The notes below the pieces were generated by a model. The model made no database searches, was not told the DNA's origin, and saw only the letters and a list, made by a program, of their open reading frames with translations. Of a stretch of DNA of 32,831 nt, positions 9,528 through 17,421 are shown in pieces (the first letter of the stretch is position 1; each line of letters starts with the position of its first letter). The stretch is from Candidatus Tenderia sp. (GTDB taxonomy: Bacteria; Pseudomonadota; Gammaproteobacteria; Tenderiales; Tenderiaceae): NCBI GenBank assembly GCA_031416075.1, contig JANOSY010000051.1, forward strand, positions 1 to 32,831. The letters are read 5' to 3'. The position numbers were made by a program, and so were the translations under genes.

Positions 9528-9693
9528 TTAAATCATACAGAAAAGACTACGCACCAATGGCCAGCAGCCAAGCCCACCACCAAACGACAAACAAACCATT
9601 TTCGCGCAAAATAACCATTTGCGCTACCCAAGGGTGGAACTGTATCCTAATTAATTGTTGGCCATTTGAATGATCGCGTGTATATAAAACCCT

Positions 9694-10446
9694 GTGCTAA
9701 ATCACCTGACAAATAACAAGTATTGGCGCTGGCTGCTGGCAACGGCGATCCTTGCTATCAGCAGTGCAACAGGCGCGGGGACCATCCTCGGCTCCAAACA
9801 CGACTTTACCGGCCTGAACAAGCGGGCCGGGGTCACGGCGATGTCCGGCCTTGCCTTTGCCGATTACGGCACGTCGTGTGTCTACTGCCACGTGCCTGCC
9901 GAAAAAAATGGCGCTGACAGCAGTGAGCTGGGCGGCATTCCCGGCTGGAACCGCTTCCAGCCCGCCACCGGGGGGTATGACCTCTACGACAGCCGCACAC
10001 TCGACAACAAGGTCCGCACCCCCAGTCCTATCAGCCTGCTCTGCCTCTCCTGTCACGATGGCACCATGGGGGTTGATATGACCGTCTTTAAACCTGACGG
10101 CTGGGACAGCAGTACCGACGCCTCTCTACATCTGCGCCTCAACGGCGGTAATGATCTGATGAACTGCGGAAAATGCCACAACGGCGTTGCCGCCCATAGC
10201 ATTGAGATCAAACATCTGGGCACCGATCTGCAAAACGATCACCCCATATCGATGGAGTACGCCGGACTCAACGCCAAAGATCCCGATTATCGCCCGGTGG
10301 ATAGCGCCTACGGTTTTGACAATGGCGTCAAGATCTACGACAACCGTGTTGAGTGTGCCACCTGCCACAACGTCCATAACCCTGACGTCAACATCCTGTT
10401 GCGTACCGGTGCCGAGCATCTGTGTGAAACATGCCACATCAAGTAA
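9694..10446 (+). CDS. Secreted pentaheme c-type cytochrome, OmcE-like
   Basis: Signal peptide; CVYCH, CLSCH, CGKCH, CATCH and CETCH; motifs SKHDF, WNR, SLLCLSCHDG, LGTDLQNDHP and the terminal doubled-CxxCH unit match my recollection of Geobacter OmcE. Confidence 0.9.
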   Translation: MLNHLTNNKYWRWLLATAILAISSATGAGTILGSKHDFTGLNKRAGVTAMSGLAFADYGTSCVYCHVPAEKNGADSSELGGIPGWNRFQPATGGYDLYDSRTLDNKVRTPSPISLLCLSCHDGTMGVDMTVFKPDGWDSSTDASLHLRLNGGNDLMNCGKCHNGVAAHSIEIKHLGTDLQNDHPISMEYAGLNAKDPDYRPVDSAYGFDNGVKIYDNRVECATCHNVHNPDVNILLRTGAEHLCETCHIK

Positions 10447-11528
10447 GACCGGGCCTGCGCCTTGCCCTTTCTGCTTCGATCATACTACTGCTCACCGCCT
10501 GCGCCACCCCCGCACCACCGCTGGAGAGCGGGATGGATGTTCCGGTCTACCCCGTGCCGCCCGATGCCCCGCGATTCATCTTTGAACGGACCTTGCGCTA
10601 CAACAGCAATGTCGAGTCCCCCAGCCGCATGGAGAGCCTGCGCCGCTACGCTACTGGCAGCAACGATGAAACCAGGGGTCTGGTAAAACCATTTGGTGTC
10701 AGCGCACGGCATGGCCGGGTCTACGTTACCGATACGGTACAGCGCGCCGTCATCATGTTTGACCTGAAAAACGGGGTATATAAAGAGTTTGGTAGCGACA
10801 AGCCTGCTGAGCTGGGCAAACCCACCGGCATTGCCATCTCCTCTCTAAATGAGCTGTTTGTTGCGGACGTGAGCCACCGCCGCGTGGCAGTTTTTAATCT
10901 CAACGGCGATTTTTTACGTCTGCTTGGCGGGCCAGCGCTGTTTCAGCGCCCTACCGGCATTGCAGTATCCCCTGACGGTACAAAACTATATGTGGTGGAT
11001 ACAGGCGGCGTCGACAGCAGTGATCACCATATGTACATTCTCGACGCCCTCTCCGGCACTCTCATCACCACCGTGGGTGGGCGTGGCACCCAGCCAGGCC
11101 AGTTCAACCTGCCACTACAGGCAGACACCGCGCCTGACGGTACCGTCTACGTCGTCGACAAAGGCAACTTCCGTATCTCCGCCTTTAACCGTGAAGGGGA
11201 GTATCTACGCAGCTTTGGCTCCATTGGTCGTTATCCGGGTCAATTTTTCAGCCCCAAAGGGATTGCCACCGACCCCGAGGGCAATGTTTACGTGGTGGAT
11301 ACCGCCTTTGGCAATGTGCAGGTTTTTAACGCGGCCGGTGAGCTACTGATGGTGATTGGCCAGCGCGGCCAATCAAGCCGTCCTGGCAACTACATGTTGC
11401 CCGCCGGGGTGGCTGTGGATGAGGAGGGGCGGGTCTATATTGCGGACCAGTTTTTCAGGAAGGTGGATATCTATCGCCCCATCCCAACAGCGGAAATACC
11501 CACACCCAAGGTGGGCACACGGGAGTAG
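10431..11528 (+). CDS. NHL-repeat six-bladed beta-propeller lipoprotein
   Basis: Lipobox LLTAC; six NHL repeats (KPFGVS, KPTGIA, RPTGIA, FNLPLQ, FFSPKGIA, YMLPAGVA); 16-nt overlap with the cytochrome gene. Confidence 0.92.
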   Translation: MPHQVRPGLRLALSASIILLLTACATPAPPLESGMDVPVYPVPPDAPRFIFERTLRYNSNVESPSRMESLRRYATGSNDETRGLVKPFGVSARHGRVYVTDTVQRAVIMFDLKNGVYKEFGSDKPAELGKPTGIAISSLNELFVADVSHRRVAVFNLNGDFLRLLGGPALFQRPTGIAVSPDGTKLYVVDTGGVDSSDHHMYILDALSGTLITTVGGRGTQPGQFNLPLQADTAPDGTVYVVDKGNFRISAFNREGEYLRSFGSIGRYPGQFFSPKGIATDPEGNVYVVDTAFGNVQVFNAAGELLMVIGQRGQSSRPGNYMLPAGVAVDEEGRVYIADQFFRKVDIYRPIPTAEIPTPKVGTRE

Positions 11529-11589
11529 TGACAACTTCCGAACGCCTTCGGCCTGTTGCCAGACACTACTACTCACAATGCAGCGCCGA

Positions 11590-14058
11590 TCATGCCCCCT
11601 TTAAGCCCCAGGGCGATTCGGCAATCCACTGCATCAGATCGGCCACCGGTAACGGTCCGCAAACAAAACGCCCCTGCACAGAGTCACACCCCATCTCTTT
11701 GAGCATGTCGTAAATCTGCTGACTTTCGACCCCCTCCGCAACCACCGGGATGCCGATGTTGTGGGCCAGATCAATAATGGAGCGGACAATAACCGTATCG
11801 CTGTTGTCCTTGAGCATACCCAGCACAAAGGATTTGTCGATTTTAAGTTCATCCACCGGCATCTGTTTGAGGTATGAGAGTGATGAGTAGCCCGTACCAA
11901 AATCATCAATGGAGAGCAGAACGCCCATGGCACTGAGGCTGTTAAGCGTCTCCATCGCCCGTGCCGGATCGGCCATAATGGCTGTTTCGGTGATCTCCAG
12001 CCGCAGCCGGCTCGGGTCGCCACAACTCGCCTCGATGAGCCGTGCAACCTTTTCCGGGAAACGGGGATCGTGCAGATTACGTACCGAGAGGTTAACCGCC
12101 ATATCCAGTGGCAATGTATCGTTGTGATACTGCTGGCACTGCGCCAACCCTGCCTGGAGCACCCACATCGTCAGCGGGGTAATCAGCCCGGTCTGTTCTG
12201 CCAGAGGAATAAACTCATCGGGATACATCAGGCCATGGAGTGGATGTTGCCAGCGCACCAGCGCCTCAACACCATAAATTTTGCCACTCTGCATGTTGAT
12301 CTTAGGCTGGTAATAGAGCACCAGTTCATCACGCTCAATCGCGCCACGCAACTCGCCCAGCAGCGCCAGATTCCGCAAACTGTGCTGATCGGTGGTGGGG
12401 TCGTACACGGCGTAACCGGCGTGGTTACGTTTGGCAACGTACATTGCAACATCGGCACGTTGCATCAACGTCACCTCATCCTCCCCATGTTGTGGATAGA
12501 GGGTGACACCTATGCTGGCCCCCACATGCAGCACCTGTTCACCAATCTGAAACGGCTCTTCAATTGCAGCCAATAGTTTTTCGATTATCCGCCGCGCCTG
12601 GACCAGCTCGGTACGCGGCAGCAGTACCGCAAACTCATCCCCTCCCAGGCGGGCGATGGTATCGGATTCACGCAATATACCCCGCACCCGTTGCGCCACC
12701 TGCTGCAGGATGATGTCACCATAATGGTGGCCGAGTGTGTCGTTAATATCCTTGAAGCGGTCAAGGTCCATAATCAGCAGCGCAAACGGTTCGTGGCTCC
12801 GCTGCGCCATCAGCACACTCTGGCGTATCCGATCTGACAGCAGAATACGGTTGGGCAGCTCCGTCAGGCCATCGTGCAGCGCCTGGTGCTCGAGCGCCGC
12901 CGTCTGCTGTTTGGTATCGGTGATATCACGCGCCACCCCCACAAAATAACGTTTGTCGCCAATAAACATCTCACTCAGCGACAGCTCAACAGGGAAGGTG
13001 GTGCCATTTTTATGCAGCCCGATCACTTCAACGTGGTTATTGATCAGCCGCCCTCTGCCCGTCATCAGGTACTGCTCAATATGTAATCTATGCTCCTTGC
13101 GATAGGGCTCCGGGATCAACAGCAGCACATTGGTTCCCAACAACTCCGCTGAACTGTAACCAAACATCTTCTCCACCGCACGGTTGACTGTGTCGATCAT
13201 GCAACTCTCGTCCACCGTAATGATGGCGTCAAAGGCATTCTCAGTCACCGCCCGGATGCGCGCCTCATTGGCCAACAGCTTGCCCTGCATGTCGTTAAAA
13301 ACTGCCGCCACCTCGCCCAGCTCATCACGCCAGTGCAGCGGCAGTTTGACATGGCGTTCACCCGCCCCCACCCGCCCAATAGCCTCACGCAGATAGTTAA
13401 TCGGGGCCAGCACACTAAAACGGAGTGCCACCCAGGCGGTGACCGCAATCACCACCACCAGCAGTGCGGCAATCACCCATAGGTTGCTTCGCATTGAATC
13501 GATGCGGGCAAGGCTCAGCTCTCGCGACATGCTCAGCCGCAGGACACCGCGCAGATGTGAGCTGTCATAACCGTGGCAAGGGAGACACTCTGTCTCAGCA
13601 GGAATGGGATGGAGAACGGTAATCTCCCGGGAGGAGCGCAGATCAACCGCCACCTCCCCCAGTAAAGCATGTTCAAAGGAGTGGTCCACCACATAAGGCT
13701 GCTGCCGTGGCACAGGTTCACGCTCAAAGACCGGGGCGTCCAGATAGCTGTTTACCCGTTTCACTGTATTCAGATCGGTAAATGCCTCGCTACCATCGCT
13801 ACGCAATACCTCAATACTCACAATCCCCGCAGCGCCCTGCATACTGTCAAGCCAGGCACGTGCCTGTGTCCCCTGGCCATTTAGCATCAAAATACGCAGG
13901 CTTGCCAACAGGGTCTGGGCATGGATTTTGGCCTGCTCGACCTCCTCGTTATAGATAGCGCGCTCCAGCTGGCGCTCAACCCAGAGCCCCGCCGCCAGCA
14001 CCACCGCAAAAAGCACTGTAGCCAGCACTAACGCGATACGACTGCCGAGGCTCTTCAT
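11590..14058 (-). CDS. Membrane c-di-GMP cyclase/phosphodiesterase: TM, periplasmic heme-c sensor, TM, HAMP, PAS, GGDEF, EAL
   Basis: Two TM helices flanking CLPCH; HAMP (WRDELGEVAAVFNDM); FixL-like PAS; RESD I-site plus RLGGDEF; EALVRW, DDFGTGYSSL, KIDKSF and AEGVE. Confidence 0.95.
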   Translation of the reverse strand: MKSLGSRIALVLATVLFAVVLAAGLWVERQLERAIYNEEVEQAKIHAQTLLASLRILMLNGQGTQARAWLDSMQGAAGIVSIEVLRSDGSEAFTDLNTVKRVNSYLDAPVFEREPVPRQQPYVVDHSFEHALLGEVAVDLRSSREITVLHPIPAETECLPCHGYDSSHLRGVLRLSMSRELSLARIDSMRSNLWVIAALLVVVIAVTAWVALRFSVLAPINYLREAIGRVGAGERHVKLPLHWRDELGEVAAVFNDMQGKLLANEARIRAVTENAFDAIITVDESCMIDTVNRAVEKMFGYSSAELLGTNVLLLIPEPYRKEHRLHIEQYLMTGRGRLINNHVEVIGLHKNGTTFPVELSLSEMFIGDKRYFVGVARDITDTKQQTAALEHQALHDGLTELPNRILLSDRIRQSVLMAQRSHEPFALLIMDLDRFKDINDTLGHHYGDIILQQVAQRVRGILRESDTIARLGGDEFAVLLPRTELVQARRIIEKLLAAIEEPFQIGEQVLHVGASIGVTLYPQHGEDEVTLMQRADVAMYVAKRNHAGYAVYDPTTDQHSLRNLALLGELRGAIERDELVLYYQPKINMQSGKIYGVEALVRWQHPLHGLMYPDEFIPLAEQTGLITPLTMWVLQAGLAQCQQYHNDTLPLDMAVNLSVRNLHDPRFPEKVARLIEASCGDPSRLRLEITETAIMADPARAMETLNSLSAMGVLLSIDDFGTGYSSLSYLKQMPVDELKIDKSFVLGMLKDNSDTVIVRSIIDLAHNIGIPVVAEGVESQQIYDMLKEMGCDSVQGRFVCGPLPVADLMQWIAESPWGLKGA

Positions 14059-14060
14059 CG

Positions 14061-15290
14061 CTACCAGCCTTGTTCTATATGAGCAACTCCACCAAAACTA
14101 CCCACCCAGAAACTGCCATCCTGGCCGTTGGCCATAGAGAATACACTCTCGGCATAAAGTCCATCGGCAACACCTTTCAGCACAAACCCCTCCTTCTTGG
14201 CATCAAAACGGGCCAACCCCTTGCTGGTGCCAATCCAAAGCTGCTGTTGTTTATCTATATAGAGCATAAATATATGGTTGGCAGGCAGGCCATCCTTGCT
14301 GGTATAGGTCTTCCACTGCTTACCATCAAAACGGGAGAGCCCTGCTCCCCAGGTGCCAGCCCATACCGTGCCATCAGGCTGAACTGCCATCGAAATCACA
14401 TAATTAGGATTGTAAGCATCATTAACCCCCTCCAACCCCTGCTCCTGTTTCTGGCGGGCGTGGTGGGAAGAGGCCTTGCCGGGGTCATTTTTAAACTGGT
14501 TTACATCACGGACCAGCTCATGGTCAGCCCCCAGCCCATCCTTGTGCTGCCAGTTTTGCCACTGGCCATCACGATAGAGCGCAAGCCCCGACTCAGTTGC
14601 AAACCAGATGTCTCCATTTGCCCCCTCCTCTACGCTGTAAACCCAGGGGTTGGGCAGGCCGCCCTGCGTATTCTCCACGGTAAATGTCTGCCACGCACTG
14701 GGGTCATCAAACGCCCCCTGACGAACACGGTTAGTCCCAGACCAGGTAGCAATCCAGACATCACCATTTTTGGCCTTGATAACATCGTAGACAAACTGGT
14801 CCGCCAGCCCTTCCGGAATATTCAGGGTGGACCACACATTGGTTGTGGTATTCAGCAGCGCCAGGCCACCACCATAGGTACCCACCACCAGCGACTCACC
14901 CAGGCGACTAATGTGAAAAATCCCGTTTGAGAGCAGACCGGAGTTTTTATTGTTATAGAGCTGGTAATCATCGGTTTCAGTGTCATAACGGATCACCCCG
15001 CCCGACGTGCCGACCCAGATATACTTACCGTCAGCAAACATGCTTTTAACATTACGGTTACCCACGCGAAAATGGCTGAAGCGTGGCTCCGCTGCAGAGG
15101 CCTGCGGCCCCTCTCCCGGCAAAAGCGCCACTTTGCGATAAGGCGAAGCGCCCTCCGCACCGTTGGCGGCCAGCTGCCCTGTTGTTGTGGCGGCTTGATT
15201 ATCACTGTTTTGCCCCAACTGATACGCCCCCACCACCAGCCCAACAGCGACTACCCCGCCGACAACCATAAGCCTTGGATTAATTTTCAT
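14061..15290 (-). CDS. Two-component-regulator-type beta-propeller protein with N-terminal membrane anchor or signal
   Basis: Repeated W(V/I)(G/A)T..G blades with GL..N.V linkers. Start moved to ATG 15290 (MKINPRLMVVGG), which overlaps the upstream stop by 11 nt. Confidence 0.85.
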   Translation of the reverse strand: MKINPRLMVVGGVVAVGLVVGAYQLGQNSDNQAATTTGQLAANGAEGASPYRKVALLPGEGPQASAAEPRFSHFRVGNRNVKSMFADGKYIWVGTSGGVIRYDTETDDYQLYNNKNSGLLSNGIFHISRLGESLVVGTYGGGLALLNTTTNVWSTLNIPEGLADQFVYDVIKAKNGDVWIATWSGTNRVRQGAFDDPSAWQTFTVENTQGGLPNPWVYSVEEGANGDIWFATESGLALYRDGQWQNWQHKDGLGADHELVRDVNQFKNDPGKASSHHARQKQEQGLEGVNDAYNPNYVISMAVQPDGTVWAGTWGAGLSRFDGKQWKTYTSKDGLPANHIFMLYIDKQQQLWIGTSKGLARFDAKKEGFVLKGVADGLYAESVFSMANGQDGSFWVGSFGGVAHIEQGW

Positions 15291-16461
15291 CTGTTTTACC
15301 TGATACAGCCTCTGCGGGCTTTTTCTCTGCGACCACTGCCGTGCCCAGGCGGGTGACGCCACCACGACTGCCCACCCACACCTCACTCTCCGACACCGCC
15401 ACAATGGCGTAGACGTGGTCTGACAACACCCCTTGTTCACGTCCATAACGATACCACTGCTGGCCATCAAAGCGGCTCACGCCATGGTCCGTGCCAAACC
15501 AGAGCGAACCATCCCGCCCCTCGGCAATGCTATACACCACATTACCCGCCAGGCCATCCTGGGTGGTGTAGTTGCGCCACTGCTTGTCAGCGCCTGCGTT
15601 GTAGGCATCGTAATAACTAATACCACCACCCCAGGTACCGGCCCAGACCCTGTCCTTGCCATCCACATAGATAGAGAGCACATAGCTGGGGTTGTAGGTG
15701 GACTGTCCATCACTGACCACATTCAGGTCGTGGCGAGAGCGTGTGCCCAACCCGGTATTCAAACTGATGGGCAGATTGCCCACATTGGCCGCCCCCAGCC
15801 CCTCTTTGTGGGTCCAGGCGCGCCAGGTCTGACCATCAAACATCGACACCCCCCCCTCTGTGCCAAACCAGACCTGCTGTTTCGAATCGACAGCAATACC
15901 GTAGACCCACTCATTCACCAGCTCTTTCAGATACGTTTTAATCTGCCCACCACCAGGGGGAATAAAGTTGGCCCCCGCCCAAGTGCCGATCCAGAGACCA
16001 CCATCGGCCTGCTCAGCAAAGCTGTATACCCAATAGTCAGCCAAACCGTGCATCGGGAAGAGCACTTGCCATTTGCCATCGACGTAGTGGGAGGCACCGC
16101 CACCGTTGGTGCCAAACCATTTGCCCTTGTCACGATCAACAAGCAGGGCAAAAACATACTCATTGGCCAGCCCTTCAACCCGGGTAAAGGTGGTACGCAG
16201 ATCCTGGCTGCCGAGATCAACCTCATGCACACCCACAGAAGTACCCACCCAGACACTGTCACCCTTACCTTTCTCACCAGACTCCAGCGCCAAAGAGCGG
16301 ACATAGGTCTCCGGGCCAACCTCAAAGGCGTCCAGCACATGCCAAGGATCGACTACAGCCACCTTGCTCTCTGTCGACTTACTGGCCGAAACAACTGTTT
16401 TTGAGTCAGAACAGGCACTTATCAGCAACAATGCCATCAACAACGGTAAAATACGCATCAA
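15280..16461 (-). CDS. Two-component-regulator-type beta-propeller lipoprotein (paralogue of the downstream gene)
   Basis: Lipobox LISAC; repeats WVGT, WFGT, WIGT, WAGT with GLANEYV, GLADYWV and GLAGNVV linkers. Confidence 0.88.
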   Translation of the reverse strand: MMRILPLLMALLLISACSDSKTVVSASKSTESKVAVVDPWHVLDAFEVGPETYVRSLALESGEKGKGDSVWVGTSVGVHEVDLGSQDLRTTFTRVEGLANEYVFALLVDRDKGKWFGTNGGGASHYVDGKWQVLFPMHGLADYWVYSFAEQADGGLWIGTWAGANFIPPGGGQIKTYLKELVNEWVYGIAVDSKQQVWFGTEGGVSMFDGQTWRAWTHKEGLGAANVGNLPISLNTGLGTRSRHDLNVVSDGQSTYNPSYVLSIYVDGKDRVWAGTWGGGISYYDAYNAGADKQWRNYTTQDGLAGNVVYSIAEGRDGSLWFGTDHGVSRFDGQQWYRYGREQGVLSDHVYAIVAVSESEVWVGSRGGVTRLGTAVVAEKKPAEAVSGKTDEN

Positions 16462-16784
16462 TGCAGGGTTCTCAAATAGGCGATAACATCCAACATCTCC
16501 TGAGTCGTCAGCAGGCCACGAAACGCTGGCATCATCCCCGCGCCATTCTCGATCGTCTGCACCAGTGCCGCATCAGGTTTAAGCAACCCTTCGCCACGCA
16601 AGAAGTTAGGCATACCCGGCATCATGCCGTTGCCCTGTGCGCCATGGCAGTTGGCACAATGGTTGTTATAGATCTTTGCGCCATTGCGCGGATCAGCCGC
16701 TTGGGCAAGATTCAGCTGAAATAGACCAGCCAACGCCACCAGTAGTAGCATTGAAACCTTTACAGTCAGTTTTTTATTCATCAT
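16458..16784 (-). CDS. Monoheme class I cytochrome c (c6/c553-like)
   Basis: Signal peptide ending AQA, CANCH, GMMPAF axial Met. Start set at ATG 16784 (or 16781); ATGA overlap with the next gene. Confidence 0.9.
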   Translation of the reverse strand: MMNKKLTVKVSMLLLVALAGLFQLNLAQAADPRNGAKIYNNHCANCHGAQGNGMMPGMPNFLRGEGLLKPDAALVQTIENGAGMMPAFRGLLTTQEMLDVIAYLRTLH

Positions 16785-16860
16785 TTTGATTGTTGGCACC
16801 CTATAAAAACGCACACTGATATTACCACCCCCAACGGCCACTGTCGCCAAAACAGCAGCG

Positions 16861-17421
16861 CTATTGCAAACCGCTGTAATCCCCGTGATACGCACGCCCA
16901 AGCAACTCAATCACGTCGCTACGCTGCCATTCGCGAGGACCGGCAAACCGCTGTATTAATCGACCATCGGGGGAGATCAGGAGGGTATAGGGGAAGATCA
17001 ACACACCAAGCTGCTCACGTGAAACCTGCTGTGTTTGATCGATATAGTTAGGAAAGATGACCTGTTTATCGAGCAGATACTCTCGCACCAGATGTTCATC
17101 CTCATCCGCTGCCACCCCCACCACCGCAAAGCGCTGGGGATCCAGGGCATCACTCAGTGCCTGAAGGTTCGGCATCTCACGGCGACACGGCTCACACCAT
17201 GTGGCCCAGAGATTGAGCACGACCAGCTTGCCACGATAGTCGCTCAACCGGGCGCTGCTGCCATCCAGCTTCACCAGTGAAACATCAGGAAGCAGTTGTC
17301 CTAGCCGTAGTTGGTCGGTAGGGGTAGTGGGTTGGCTACACGCCACCAACCCCACAACAGATAGCAGCAGTGGCATCAACAGCCACCGCAGCCCCCTACC
17401 TTTAGGGCACAACGGTATCAA
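16861..17421 (-). CDS. TlpA/ResA-family thiol-disulfide reductase, probable lipoprotein
   Basis: LNLWATWCEPCRREMP active site, cis-Pro loop FPYT, lipobox LVAC; start uncertain (TTG 17421 or ATG 17376). Confidence 0.9.
   Translation of the reverse strand: MIPLCPKGRGLRWLLMPLLLSVVGLVACSQPTTPTDQLRLGQLLPDVSLVKLDGSSARLSDYRGKLVVLNLWATWCEPCRREMPNLQALSDALDPQRFAVVGVAADEDEHLVREYLLDKQVIFPNYIDQTQQVSREQLGVLIFPYTLLISPDGRLIQRFAGPREWQRSDVIELLGRAYHGDYSGLQ

Noticed and set aside
9636-9659. ECF-like promoter GGAAC-N16-GTT upstream of the OmcE-like gene
   Set aside because: Short motif with imperfect spacing; could arise by chance and cannot be supported without TSS data.
15291-15470. N-terminal extension of the 469-aa ORF
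   Set aside because: Overlaps the upstream gene by about 190 nt and is not protein-like; ATG 15290 gives a proper signal or anchor sequence.
14070-16404. Long plus-strand ORFs (286 aa and 323 aa)
   Set aside because: Antisense shadows of the two propeller genes; no motifs, and expected from codon bias in GC-rich genes.
16785-16910. N-terminal extension of the monoheme cytochrome ORF
   Set aside because: Overlaps tlpA; the signal peptide begins at MMNKKL (16784).
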